Positions 9,871 to 20,046 of a DNA stretch of 54,177 nucleotides are shown piece by piece. Numbering within the stretch: the first letter of the stretch is position 1; the number at the start of each line of letters is the position of its first letter. Under the pieces are notes generated by a model that had not been told where the DNA came from, did not search any database, and saw nothing but the letters and a program-made list of their open reading frames with translations. The translations under genes and the position numbers were made by a program. The stretch is from Candidatus Levyibacteriota bacterium (GTDB lineage: Bacteria; Patescibacteriota; Microgenomatia; Levybacterales; UBA12049): the NCBI GenBank assembly GCA_038253825.1, contig JBBSGT010000005.1, forward strand, positions 1 through 54,177, read 5' to 3'.

Positions 9871-12351
9871 ATGAAGAGCAACAAAATAGCTGCATTATCC
9901 ATTGAAGAGGCACGTGCCGATCTTCAAACGTCCCCAGCAGGACTTACCGATATAGAGGTCTCACATCGAATAAAGCGTTATGGCCTCAATACAATTCATA
10001 TAACAAAAAGTAACATATTCACTCTTTTTTTTCGTCAACTTACCGGCAATCCCCTTCTCTTTATTTTGATGGCAGCAGTAGTTTTGTCTTTTCTTTTGGG
10101 ACAAACAGAAAGTTCCTATTATATTTTTGGCATTATTATTGTCAGTGTCTTTTTGGGTTTTTGGAATGAATACAGCGCTGAAAAAACTGTTGAAAACCTA
10201 ACCAAACGGATTACTCCGACCAGCATCGTCCTGCGAAACGGAGAAAAAAAAGAAATTCTTGTTTCACACCTCACCATCGGTGATATCGTTATTGTCGCGC
10301 AAGGCAGTATTATTCCGGCTGACATGCGCTTTTTGGAAACGAATAATTTGGCAATCAATGAATCTGCTCTTACCGGCGAGGCGAAAACAATTTATAAAAA
10401 CGCGACAATGCAACACGAAAATCTGGGTTATATGGGTACCAGTGTAGAAAACGGTTCCGGTAAAGGCGTTATTACCCAAATCGGAAGACAAACTGAGTTT
10501 GGCAAAATTGCAAAAAGTGCAACATTTGTAAAACCCGCTACGGAATTCCAAAATGGCTTAAATCGCTTTGGCAATCTAATTTTGAAAGTTATTGTCATCT
10601 TCACCGTTGTAATTTTTCTAATCAATGCTTTTGTGGGACATCCAGTTCTTCAATCACTCCTCTTCAGTCTGGCAATTGCTGTCGGTATGACACCAGAGCT
10701 GCTTCCGGTTATTGTTACGGTTAGCCTGTCACATGGAGCCGGTAAATTAGCAAAAAAGCATGTCGTTGTCAAACAACTTCTATCGCTAGAAAATTTGGGT
10801 AATATGGATGTTTTGTGTACAGATAAAACCGGGACGCTTACGGAAGGGCAAATTACCGTTGTGAATTATCTTAATGCGCAAGGGAAAAAGGATCAAAAGG
10901 TTTTGCTAGACGCACTCTTTTGTAATGCAGCGATTATCAATGCCAAACCTCACGGCAACGGTATCGATGTCGCGTTGTGGAATCATGCTTTGGAAGAAAA
11001 AATAAGTATCCCAACTATTTCTAAATTACATGAAGAACCATTTGATTACAATCGTAAAGCGATGTATACCGTGCTGCGAAAAGAAAAAGAGATTTCCCTT
11101 ATCGCAAAGGGCGCTCCTGAATCAATTATTCCCTTTTGTGACACAATTAAAAATAAAGAAGCATTACAAAAAGAATTGCTGGATGCAAGAAAACATGGCT
11201 ACCGTGTCATTTGTTTAGCGACTCGCGCGCTGACCCAAAAAGGCACTTATTCCTGGGATGATGTGCATCAATTACAATTTGTCGGTTATATCACCTTCTT
11301 AGATATTCCCAAAAAATCAGCAAGAGAAGCGCTTGAAAAACTTAAAAATCTGAACGTTATCACAAAAGTTATCACCGGAGATAATGAGATCGTTACCAAA
11401 AAGATTTGTGCTGAAGTTGGGATGGATACAAAAAACCTCATCACAGGCCCTCAAATGGAGAAATTGACACCCCAACAGTTAAAATCGCTTGTTAACACTA
11501 CCACAATTTTTGCTCGTGTTTCCCCACTGCAAAAACTGCAAGTTATCCAAGCACTGCAAGCCAATGGACATACTGTTGGCTACCTGGGTGACGGTATTAA
11601 TGATTTACCGGCATTGCACAATGCGGAAGTTGGGATTTCAGTCAATACAGCCGTTGATGTGGCAAAAAATACCGCATCCGTTGTACTGCTGCGCAAAGGT
11701 CTGGATGTAATTGCTGATGGAATTATTGAAGGAAGAAGAACGTTTAATAATACGATTAAGTACATTTTGATGAGTACGAGTTCTAATTTTGGTAATATGT
11801 TCTCTGCTGCAGGCGCGTCATTCTTCCTTACCTTTTTACCGATGACACCGGTACAAATCTTGTTGACCAACACTTTGTATGATGTTTCACAACTGACACT
11901 TCCTTCCGATAATGTTGATGCTGAATCATTGGTGAAGCCACGTCACTGGAATATTCAATTCATTAAGGATTATATGTTATTCTTTGGACCGTTAAGTTCA
12001 ATTTATGATTATCTAACCTTTTCTCTTATGCTTTTTGTGTTTCATGCACGAGGTGCATTGTTTCAAACCGGTTGGTTTATTGAGTCCTTGGCAACTGAAA
12101 TTCTGGTAGTATTTGTCATCAGAACGGCACGAACACCATTCTTCAAAAGCAAACCAAGCAATTGGTTAACGTTCACCTCATTGGCAATTGTACTTGTTGG
12201 TGTTAGCCTTCCCTTCAGCCCACTTGCTTCCTCTCTCGGATTTGTTGCCCCTCCCCCATTCTATTTTGTCATTTTGATCGCATTGACAGTAACATATTTA
12301 TTACTTGTGGAAGTTATTAAGAGCACATTCTTAAAAAAATACAATTTATAG
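9871..12351 (+). CDS. mgtA: Mg2+-translocating P-type ATPase
   Basis: TGE, PELLP, DKTGTLT, TGDN, GDGINDLP, SSNFGNMFS, FQTGWFIESL. Confidence 0.93.
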   Translation: MKSNKIAALSIEEARADLQTSPAGLTDIEVSHRIKRYGLNTIHITKSNIFTLFFRQLTGNPLLFILMAAVVLSFLLGQTESSYYIFGIIIVSVFLGFWNEYSAEKTVENLTKRITPTSIVLRNGEKKEILVSHLTIGDIVIVAQGSIIPADMRFLETNNLAINESALTGEAKTIYKNATMQHENLGYMGTSVENGSGKGVITQIGRQTEFGKIAKSATFVKPATEFQNGLNRFGNLILKVIVIFTVVIFLINAFVGHPVLQSLLFSLAIAVGMTPELLPVIVTVSLSHGAGKLAKKHVVVKQLLSLENLGNMDVLCTDKTGTLTEGQITVVNYLNAQGKKDQKVLLDALFCNAAIINAKPHGNGIDVALWNHALEEKISIPTISKLHEEPFDYNRKAMYTVLRKEKEISLIAKGAPESIIPFCDTIKNKEALQKELLDARKHGYRVICLATRALTQKGTYSWDDVHQLQFVGYITFLDIPKKSAREALEKLKNLNVITKVITGDNEIVTKKICAEVGMDTKNLITGPQMEKLTPQQLKSLVNTTTIFARVSPLQKLQVIQALQANGHTVGYLGDGINDLPALHNAEVGISVNTAVDVAKNTASVVLLRKGLDVIADGIIEGRRTFNNTIKYILMSTSSNFGNMFSAAGASFFLTFLPMTPVQILLTNTLYDVSQLTLPSDNVDAESLVKPRHWNIQFIKDYMLFFGPLSSIYDYLTFSLMLFVFHARGALFQTGWFIESLATEILVVFVIRTARTPFFKSKPSNWLTFTSLAIVLVGVSLPFSPLASSLGFVAPPPFYFVILIALTVTYLLLVEVIKSTFLKKYNL

Positions 12352-12423
12352 ATTTATAATTGTTAAAAAAAACTTATATTTATTAGCGTTGAACGAGTAA
12401 ATTATCTTAAGTATAATTATTAA

Positions 12424-13062
12424 ATGGACTATAAAGAAATACTAGGATTAGCTTCAGTTTTTATTGCCCTTATAAGCTATTATCCTTATATAAAAGATAT
12501 AATTTCGAATAAAACAAAACCCCACAGCATTTCATGGGTTATTTGGTGTGTCTTAGGTGTTGTTACGTATATCGGTCAGATCTCAGCCAACGCTGGACCT
12601 GGGGCTTGGGTAACTGGTATTACAACTCTTATCTGCATGGTTATCGCTACTATCGGTCTTACAAAGAATCAAGTGGAAATAGACACTATGGATTGGTTAA
12701 GTCTTACGGGTGCAATAATTGTGTTACTTTTTTGGTTCGTCATAAAAAATCCCTTGTTATCTATTATCCTGGCTACCGTAATTAACAGCGTGGGATTCAT
12801 TCCGACTTTCAGAAAATCTTATAATAACCCGTTTGATGAAACGCTGAGTACTTATGTGTTGGGCGGTCTAAAATTTGTACTTGCACTGTATGCCTTAAGC
12901 TCTTTTACTTTGGTAAATATTCTTTTCCCTCTTTCGGTCATAACGCTTAGTTGGTCATTCGTTGCCGTAGTTATTATACGAAGAGCCCAGATAAATGAGA
13001 ACAAAATCTTCTCAATGGTCAGACTTGCCTATCTGGATATTCCCGGAGAGACTAATATCTGA
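12424..13062 (+). CDS. multi-pass membrane protein of unknown function
   Basis: About 7 TM segments with repeated PYIKD..KP / PTFRK..P halves; TATAAT 6 nt before ATG. Confidence 0.7.
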   Translation: MDYKEILGLASVFIALISYYPYIKDIISNKTKPHSISWVIWCVLGVVTYIGQISANAGPGAWVTGITTLICMVIATIGLTKNQVEIDTMDWLSLTGAIIVLLFWFVIKNPLLSIILATVINSVGFIPTFRKSYNNPFDETLSTYVLGGLKFVLALYALSSFTLVNILFPLSVITLSWSFVAVVIIRRAQINENKIFSMVRLAYLDIPGETNI

Positions 13063-13177
13063 CCGCGAACAACGTGTAGCGTTGATTTCATTCCTCCGCT
13101 CTATCTCATCCACTTCCGAGAAGCAAAATCCGTAGAAAACTTGACAACTTTCTTTATTTTTGTTCTACTAAAAAGAG

Positions 13178-13624
13178 ATGAGAAAAATTGCTACACAACC
13201 AAAGAAGACAGCAAAAAAAGCTCCCCGAGCTGGTAAGACCAAAAGTCAGTCTATATTCTTAGAAAGAATTACGGTTATCACGGCATGCCTTGTCATAATC
13301 CTTGGTGGATTTGTTTTTGTAAATCGACATCGTGTCAGTAGTGCTGTAGCAGGCGCAAGTATTATCAGAGGGCTTTTTATGCAGGCACCTGTTACAATGC
13401 CAAATATCCCTGATGCAAAGTTATATAATATTTATTACAAACAAACAGATGCACAGGAATTCTCCAATGCTGTACGTGGTGTTTCTCCCACAATTCCTAC
13501 ATACACTATTTCCTATCTAAAGAGCGGTGTCAGTTATGCCTACCGAATCGCCGCTGTTAATAGCATTGGCGAAGAATTCTATTTTTCTGAGACCACACCG
13601 CTTAAAGGACTTCAACCAATGTAG
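13178..13624 (+). CDS. membrane-anchored fibronectin type III-like protein
   Basis: Basic N-terminus, one TM helix, YNIYY..YTISYLKSGVSYAYRIAAVN. Confidence 0.7.
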   Translation: MRKIATQPKKTAKKAPRAGKTKSQSIFLERITVITACLVIILGGFVFVNRHRVSSAVAGASIIRGLFMQAPVTMPNIPDAKLYNIYYKQTDAQEFSNAVRGVSPTIPTYTISYLKSGVSYAYRIAAVNSIGEEFYFSETTPLKGLQPM

Positions 13625-13630
13625 TTGTTA

Positions 13631-13849
13631 CTATTTCTGTGGTTGTTTGACGTTTACATTTATTTGACTTGGGACATTCACTTGCGGAGCACTAGAAATT
13701 CCCGACCGCAAATAAGGTAATCCGTAATAAAAAACTGCAGTAAGGACGATAATAATCAGGATAACTCCTAAAAGGAAATTACTACCACCATTGTTACCGG
13801 GCTGTTGGACAGGTTGTATTGGCTGTGGATTATTGATTATCGTAGCCAT
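13631..13849 (-). CDS. small single-TM protein
   Basis: Strong SD GAAAGGAGGTG before ATG 13849; Q/P/N-rich flanks around one TM helix. Confidence 0.75.
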   Translation of the reverse strand: MATIINNPQPIQPVQQPGNNGGSNFLLGVILIIIVLTAVFYYGLPYLRSGISSAPQVNVPSQINVNVKQPQK

Positions 13850-13901
13850 AGACAATCACCTCCTTTCATTCTCCTATACTATATTGCTGAGGTAAATAAA
13901 T

Positions 13902-13919
13902 TATAAGATGTTTGTAAGA
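13902..13919 (-). promoter_or_regulatory. TCTTAYA-N4-TCTTAYA direct repeat (putative operator)
   Basis: Minus strand tcttaca-aaca-tcttata, 18 nt upstream of a TATAGT -10-like hexamer. Confidence 0.45.
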
Positions 13920-14054
13920 AGTAAGGAAGAACACTAGAGTTAAATCTCTATTAGAGAGAGCAAAGAAGCCCCGATTGACAGCATTATAATTTTTTTGTCC
14001 TTTACCCATAACTTCGGTCTTTCTTACGCAAAATTGTGCATCTTTAGATATACT

Positions 14055-14627
14055 ATGTATGTGAGTGAAACAAAAAATCTTGAGACAGCAACGTTTGCAA
14101 ATGGCTGTTATTGGTGTACGGAAGCGGTTTTTAAGCGAGTAAAAGGGGTAATCTCTGTAATGTCTGGTTATACGGGTGGCACCATGGAAAACCCTACGTA
14201 CTCAGATGTTGCTTCAAAAACCACAGGACATGCAGAAGCATTACAAATACAATTTGATCCTTCAGTGATATCTTATGGAATAATCTTGGATATTTTTTGG
14301 GCGACCCATGACCCTACAACGCTCAATCAACAAGGATATGATGTGGGGCCGGAATATCGCTCCGCAATTTTTTATCATGATGCAGAGCAAAAAAAGATTG
14401 CCGAAAACTCAAAGAAACGATTAGATGAGTCAGAAAAATATAAAAATCCCATTGTAACCGAAATCGTACCATATAAGAAATTCTATCCTGCAGAAGAAGA
14501 GCATCGAAATTTTTATGAAAGTGGCAATCGCCCGGATTACTGCAGAGTTATCATCGATCCCAAAATAAGAAAGTTATTAGCGGAATTTGAGAATGATGTT
14601 AAAGAAGAATATAAAGAAAACAACTAG
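14055..14627 (+). CDS. msrA: peptide-methionine (S)-S-oxide reductase
   Basis: GCYWCTE, GYTGG, GHAE, HDPT, YRSAIF, AEEEH; start placed at ATG 14055. Confidence 0.95.
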   Translation: MYVSETKNLETATFANGCYWCTEAVFKRVKGVISVMSGYTGGTMENPTYSDVASKTTGHAEALQIQFDPSVISYGIILDIFWATHDPTTLNQQGYDVGPEYRSAIFYHDAEQKKIAENSKKRLDESEKYKNPIVTEIVPYKKFYPAEEEHRNFYESGNRPDYCRVIIDPKIRKLLAEFENDVKEEYKENN

Positions 14628-14630
14628 ATC

Positions 14631-15320
14631 TCACCCGTGAAGTAATTTTTTCTTTTTTATATCTGTCGGGTCATGACTTTCTTTTTGGGCATCAGCAATT
14701 AATTCTTTTAAATTCGTCGGAATAGGATGTTCTTTCAGAAGCTTTGCCATATAAGCTGTGTTGTGTGCCAGAAAACGAAGGGTTTTATTGGTATACAAAT
14801 GATGCTGACCATCTGCTTCAATATAACTTGGCCCAGGACCTGCAGGTCCAACCCAATAGGTATCCACATTGGGTGGAATCACACAACCAAGATGGGTCAA
14901 ATTAAAGAGTGTATTGGCGGCTACATCATGCGCTCCATCTTCATTCCCAGTGACGATACAGCCTGCGACTTTGTTGTAAAGTGGGAACTGACCTGTTTTA
15001 TTATCCCCCTCTTCATACGTCCCATCAAGTCGCTCGATAACTAACTGCGTTACGGATGCCCTTACCCCAAACCAAATTGGCGACGCAATAAGGATAATAT
15101 CCGCTGCTTTTAATTGCTTCAGAATCTTCGGCCATTCATCACCAGGTCCTTCATCGGAAGAAATACCAAATGGGATATTATAATCCACAACTCTGATAAC
15201 TTCTGATGTGACATCGAGTTTTTTATATTCTTTTACAACTTTTTGGATGAGCGCATCAGTATTGGAGAGAGCAGGAGATTTTTTGAGTGTACAATTGAGG
15301 AAAACTGCATTAAGTTTCAT
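14631..15320 (-). CDS. flavodoxin family / NADPH-dependent FMN reductase-like protein
   Basis: LNCTLK..SNT, SPIWFG, TGNEDGAH; TGC-TATACT 6 nt before ATG 15320. Confidence 0.85.
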   Translation of the reverse strand: MKLNAVFLNCTLKKSPALSNTDALIQKVVKEYKKLDVTSEVIRVVDYNIPFGISSDEGPGDEWPKILKQLKAADIILIASPIWFGVRASVTQLVIERLDGTYEEGDNKTGQFPLYNKVAGCIVTGNEDGAHDVAANTLFNLTHLGCVIPPNVDTYWVGPAGPGPSYIEADGQHHLYTNKTLRFLAHNTAYMAKLLKEHPIPTNLKELIADAQKESHDPTDIKKKKLLHG

Positions 15321-15353
15321 AAAATGAGTATAGCACGTATGCAACAAAAAAAC

Positions 15354-16178
15354 TCAAGAAATAAGTTTTATTTTTTCTTTCTCTGTCTCCACAAATCCTT
15401 CATCTTTTAATTCCGAAACCAAACTCTTTACCCATGCTTCCTCTTTATCTGAGTAATCTTTTTTCAGTAGCTTTCCTAATTCCTTCAGTTCGATTTCTTT
15501 TTTCTCCAATAATCTTTTTAAAATTTGTCCACGATAATACCTGTGGGAACCGATAAATTTAGATTGTTTGGGAATCGGTATTTTGTGTTCTTTAAGCATT
15601 GCGGATGAATAATCCATCAATGCTTGATTCCATTCATATGCTTTGCCTTTCGGTAAAATTTTTTCAGCAAAATCGGAAATTTCTTTATCATTAATCTTGT
15701 CATTCCCGCGAAGGCGGGAATCCATAAACTTTAACAAAATTACTTTTCGGACATTCGTGTCGATAACCGTTACTTGTTGATCAAAAGCAAAACATAAAAG
15801 AGCCCGAGCGGTATATTGTCCTATTCCGGGAAGAGCCAACAATTCTTTTTCCGTGTGTGGAAAAATACCATTATATTTTTCTGAAACAATCTGTGCTGCT
15901 TTTTTTAAGTTTAATGCACGACGGTTATAACCAAGTCCTGACCAAAGCGATAAAACATCTGAAACACTTGCGACTGCCAAATCATGAACAGTTGGAAATA
16001 CGTCAAACCAACTGATGAACTTTGGTATGACACGCTTGACTTGGGTTTGCTGAAGCATAATTTCCGAAACTAAAATTCGATACGGATCACGCGATTTTCG
16101 CCAGGGCAAATCTCGCTGATGAGCAGCGTACCAGGTAAGAATCTCTTGTTGGAATTGGGCGATCTCTTTCTGCGTCAT
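15354..16178 (-). CDS. mutY: A/G-specific adenine glycosylase, short form without Fe-S motif
   Basis: RDLPWR, VSEIMLQQTQV, WSGLGYNRRA, LPGIGQYTA, DTNVR. Confidence 0.92.
   Translation of the reverse strand: MTQKEIAQFQQEILTWYAAHQRDLPWRKSRDPYRILVSEIMLQQTQVKRVIPKFISWFDVFPTVHDLAVASVSDVLSLWSGLGYNRRALNLKKAAQIVSEKYNGIFPHTEKELLALPGIGQYTARALLCFAFDQQVTVIDTNVRKVILLKFMDSRLRGNDKINDKEISDFAEKILPKGKAYEWNQALMDYSSAMLKEHKIPIPKQSKFIGSHRYYRGQILKRLLEKKEIELKELGKLLKKDYSDKEEAWVKSLVSELKDEGFVETEKEKIKLIS
15699..15724. repeat. dRS3/RPE-like palindromic element inside mutY
   Basis: gtcATTCCCgcgaaggcGGGAATcca fits ATTCCC-N8-GGGAAT; translated as MDSRLRGND. Confidence 0.8.
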
Positions 16179-16253
16179 GTCAATCTATTCTACCAGAAAC
16201 ATTTTTTAAACTACTATTAAGGGGGTTGAAGTAACTCGTGCTATACTTTTTTT

Positions 16254-17027
16254 ATGACTATTTCTTTATTACACTTAAATATCAACGCGGATAACTTTTG
16301 GGATAGTCTCATTCCTTTTCTTAATAGTCACGACTTTGATATTATTCACTTGCAAGAAGTCACGGGAAAAGAAACACGATGTGGGAATTTTTATAGTAAA
16401 CGAGATACATTTGCTGAGTTACAAAATGTGTTAAAGGACACACACTACGGAGAGCTTTCTATTACACAGCGATATACTTCAAGTCCTCATTCATATTTTG
16501 GTAATGCCACATTTTATAAAAGAGCTTTTTCTTTGCTCGAGAAAAAAGAAATTGTGCTCTATCATGAAATTGACTTTTTTCCATCAGACGCAAAAACGTT
16601 TGAAGGTGTCGGAAGAAAATTACTTCATCTCAAACTTGCAGTTGATGGCAAAGCAATTTCATTTCTCAACACACATTTTGCATGGGGACCAACACCACAC
16701 GAACAACCATACCAAACTGAACAAGGTAATACGTTAATTGCGTATCTGAAAACTATCGATAAACTGTTTGTTTTTACCGGTGATCTAAATCTTACATCTG
16801 ATCAACCAACAATTCAAAAGTTGGGGGAAATAGCAACTAATCTCACGCAAAAAAAACATATTACCAATACCCTCAATCCACGTCTTCATAAAGTCAAACA
16901 ACTGTTCCCACAAGGATTAGCAGTTGATTACATATTTCTAACTGAAGGTATCACTGTCAAATCGTTTGCAGTTTTGGAGGATGATATTTCTGACCACTTC
17001 GGGTTAACTGCTGTATTAGAAATTTAA
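16254..17027 (+). CDS. endonuclease/exonuclease/phosphatase family protein
   Basis: LNI, LQEV, NTH, GDLN, VDYIF and SDH motifs. Confidence 0.9.
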   Translation: MTISLLHLNINADNFWDSLIPFLNSHDFDIIHLQEVTGKETRCGNFYSKRDTFAELQNVLKDTHYGELSITQRYTSSPHSYFGNATFYKRAFSLLEKKEIVLYHEIDFFPSDAKTFEGVGRKLLHLKLAVDGKAISFLNTHFAWGPTPHEQPYQTEQGNTLIAYLKTIDKLFVFTGDLNLTSDQPTIQKLGEIATNLTQKKHITNTLNPRLHKVKQLFPQGLAVDYIFLTEGITVKSFAVLEDDISDHFGLTAVLEI

Positions 17028-18013
17028 AGAAGACCCATTTTTGTTTTTACTTCCTGGAGGGTTTTGTTTGCTTGTTCGCGACATTTCTCTGTATGCTCAT
17101 CAAGAATATCGTCAACAAGTTTTGGATTCTCTACATATAACTTTCGTTTTTCCTGAATTGGTTGCAATTCTTGATAAATTGATTCAGCAATGAAATTCTT
17201 CATCTCCGAGTAACGAATTTCCCCTTCTCGATAGTCCTCCACAAACTTAATAAATGTTTCTTTGGGAACAAACATTTTCAATAGGGTAAATAAATTAGCA
17301 ACCCCTCCTTCTGTCGGAATTTTTCCACCAGTCGTACCACTATCAGTCGGAGCTTTAGCAAGACGAGATTTTATCGTATCCAAATCGTCTGATAAATTGA
17401 TATAACTTCCCTCGATTGATTTCCCCATTTTACCTTTTCCTGTCAGTGATGGAACGTATTCTCCCGGAGTTTTGAATCGATGTGGTTCGACAAAAGTTTC
17501 GCCAAACATACTATTGAACTTTCGCACGATTTCTCTTGTTACTTCAATATGCGGTTCTTGATCAATCCCGACTGGAACAAGGGTTGCTTTGTAAAGCATA
17601 ATGTCTGCTGCCATAAGAATCGGGTAATTTAAGAGGCCCAAGTTGACGTATTTTGGATGCTGTGCTTTTTTATCTTTGTAGGTCGGCAAATCTTCAACCC
17701 GCGACACCGGATAAATTGTCGATAAGAGAAATGAGAGTTCTGTATGTTCGGGTACCCGTGATTGTACTTCCAAAAGACATTTTTTGGGATCAAGCCCCAC
17801 AGCTAAATAATCTGTTACTATATCCTTTATTGCTTGCCTGAGGGTTTTAGGATCATAAGGCGTTGTGAGAACATGTAAATCGACAACTGAATAAATACAC
17901 TCATATTCCGGATCTTTTTGCAACTCAAACATTCCTTTGACTGCCCCCAGGTAATTACCCAGATGTAATCTTCCTGTTGCTCTAATTCCTGAATAAACAC
18001 GTTTCTTGTTCAT
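17024..18013 (-). CDS. trpS: tryptophan-tRNA ligase
   Basis: HLGN (HIGH), YPILMAADI, GIDQEPH, KMGKS. Confidence 0.97.
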   Translation of the reverse strand: MNKKRVYSGIRATGRLHLGNYLGAVKGMFELQKDPEYECIYSVVDLHVLTTPYDPKTLRQAIKDIVTDYLAVGLDPKKCLLEVQSRVPEHTELSFLLSTIYPVSRVEDLPTYKDKKAQHPKYVNLGLLNYPILMAADIMLYKATLVPVGIDQEPHIEVTREIVRKFNSMFGETFVEPHRFKTPGEYVPSLTGKGKMGKSIEGSYINLSDDLDTIKSRLAKAPTDSGTTGGKIPTEGGVANLFTLLKMFVPKETFIKFVEDYREGEIRYSEMKNFIAESIYQELQPIQEKRKLYVENPKLVDDILDEHTEKCREQANKTLQEVKTKMGLL

Positions 18014-18072
18014 AACCTGTATTGTACCATGTTTTCTACCTCAGAAAAACCTAATAGTATATAATATGCAGT

Positions 18073-19044
18073 ATGAATACGCAGCAAACCTTACCTGAAA
18101 AATTAATGGAGCGATTGCAAGAACTTTATTCGGAAAAAGATTTACACAAAGTTCTTAGAGCATTTGCTAACAAACCGCTTCCATCATTTCGTGTAAATAC
18201 GCTTAAAGCGCAGGCAAGTGATATAGAAATAAGTTTAAGAACGCAGGGATTTGCTATAGAAAAAGTACCCTGGTACCCAGATGCATTTATCTTGCAAAAC
18301 AACTCTATTCGGGAGCTAACCGAAACGGAAGAACATAAAAACGGTCTTATCTACATCCAAAATCTTTCAAGTATGCTGCCGGTACTTATTTTGGATCCTC
18401 AAGAGAATGATTACATCCTTGATATCGCTGCTGCACCGGGAAGTAAAACGACACACATCGCAGCATTAATGCATAACACCGGTGATATCGTCGCGAACGA
18501 TATTAGTCCAAAGAGACTTTACAAATTGAAAGATAATCTTGCCAAAACTGGAGTCACCAATACGAGAGTCATCGGACTGCGGGGAGAATCTTTCTGGAAG
18601 CGATATCCTGAACTCTTTGACAAGACGCTTGTTGATGTGCCATGTAGTATGGAAGGACGCATCAGAACAGATTATCCGAGAACATATAAAGATTGGTCAA
18701 CAAAGAAAATTAAACTACTCTCCAAACTTCAGAAATATATTTTGCGGTCTGCAATTTCTGCTACCAAAGTTGGTGGAACCATCGTCTATTCCTCTTGTAC
18801 TCTTTCACCTGAAGAAAATGAAGAAGTTATCCAGTGGGCAGTGAGCAAAACTCCTGATGCGGTAACGGTAGAAAAGATTGCACTGCCAAATATCCAACTG
18901 CAATCAGGATTGAAGTCATGGAAAAAGAAGTTATTTACCCATACGGAAAATACGATCCGGGTTCTTCCCAGTGAATCCATGGAGGGGTTTTTCATGGCCA
19001 AGCTGCACAAAATTGCTTCGACATTACCGGAAATGAAAAAGTAA
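18073..19044 (+). CDS. RsmB/RsmF (NOL1/NOP2) RNA m5C methyltransferase
   Basis: RVNTLK, LDIAAAPGSKT, DVPCS, YSSCTLSPEENE. Confidence 0.92.
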   Translation: MNTQQTLPEKLMERLQELYSEKDLHKVLRAFANKPLPSFRVNTLKAQASDIEISLRTQGFAIEKVPWYPDAFILQNNSIRELTETEEHKNGLIYIQNLSSMLPVLILDPQENDYILDIAAAPGSKTTHIAALMHNTGDIVANDISPKRLYKLKDNLAKTGVTNTRVIGLRGESFWKRYPELFDKTLVDVPCSMEGRIRTDYPRTYKDWSTKKIKLLSKLQKYILRSAISATKVGGTIVYSSCTLSPEENEEVIQWAVSKTPDAVTVEKIALPNIQLQSGLKSWKKKLFTHTENTIRVLPSESMEGFFMAKLHKIASTLPEMKK

Positions 19045-19080
19045 TCATTATTGCTACTTTAAGAAAGTTAGTTTAAAATT

Positions 19081-20022
19081 ATGAAGATGAAAAAAATTAT
19101 CGTCATTCTGGTCATTATCGGCTTACTCTTCGCAAGTTACGAGAAAGTCCCAGCTTTCGCGGATCAAGTCAATAGTGTCATCTATACCAATCCGTGTGCA
19201 AGCCCGAAAACATTTAGTATCGGAGCGATTGATCCTCGATTTAATCTGAGTAAGGATGCATTCATCCAAGATGCAGAGGAAGCTGGAAGTATCTGGAAGA
19301 ACGATCAAGGAATGGCTCTTCTGAAATATGATCCTGACTCCAAATTAGCCATTAATATGGTCTATGACCAAAGACAATCACTTGATACACAAATAAATAG
19401 TCTCAACAGTCAAGTGGCGCAACAGAAACAAAACTTGAACCCTGCTATTTCAGATTATGAAAAGAAAGTCGCAGCTTTCAAACAAAAAAGCGCCGATCTT
19501 AACTCCCAAATTGAATACTGGAACGGTAAGGGAGGCGCACCGCAAGACGAATACGAAAAATTAAATGCGCAGCAAAGAGAGTTACAACAAGAAGAAACAC
19601 AATTGCGACAAATGGCTAATTCGCTTAATCAATCTACCGACCAATACAATAACCAAATTGCACAACTCGATCAAAAAGTAAATAATTTTAATCAAGCATT
19701 ACAATACAAACCTGAAGAAGGACTCTATATTCGAAACGGCAATGATGAACGTATTGAAATTTATTTCGATAATTCGCACCGGGAATTAATCCACACCTTG
19801 GCGCATGAAATGGGACATGCACTAGGAATGCAACATAATAATAATCCGCAATCGATTATGTATCCCCAGACAACAACGGCAGAAACGCCATCCAACGATG
19901 ATTTGGCAGCGCTTGAACAAGCATGTCAAAAACGTAGTATTTTCCAAACGCTTGCTACTAATTTCTCTGCACTTGTCCAACAAGGCAGCCAAAATCTTTC
20001 AAGTGTTCTCAATCATAACTAA
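19081..20022 (+). CDS. secreted matrixin (M10)-like zinc metalloprotease with coiled-coil insertion
   Basis: Signal or anchor helix; Q-rich coiled coil; HEMGHALGMQH and Met-turn SIMYP. Confidence 0.85.
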   Translation: MKMKKIIVILVIIGLLFASYEKVPAFADQVNSVIYTNPCASPKTFSIGAIDPRFNLSKDAFIQDAEEAGSIWKNDQGMALLKYDPDSKLAINMVYDQRQSLDTQINSLNSQVAQQKQNLNPAISDYEKKVAAFKQKSADLNSQIEYWNGKGGAPQDEYEKLNAQQRELQQEETQLRQMANSLNQSTDQYNNQIAQLDQKVNNFNQALQYKPEEGLYIRNGNDERIEIYFDNSHRELIHTLAHEMGHALGMQHNNNPQSIMYPQTTTAETPSNDDLAALEQACQKRSIFQTLATNFSALVQQGSQNLSSVLNHN

Positions 20023-20046
20023 TCCTCTTGAATTCCATCATGCCTC

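Noticed and set aside
13864-14010. Possible ~47-codon minus-strand ORF (MGKGQKNY..)
   Set aside because: No SD or -10 signal, no motif, and it overlaps the putative operator and promoter of the 13849 gene.
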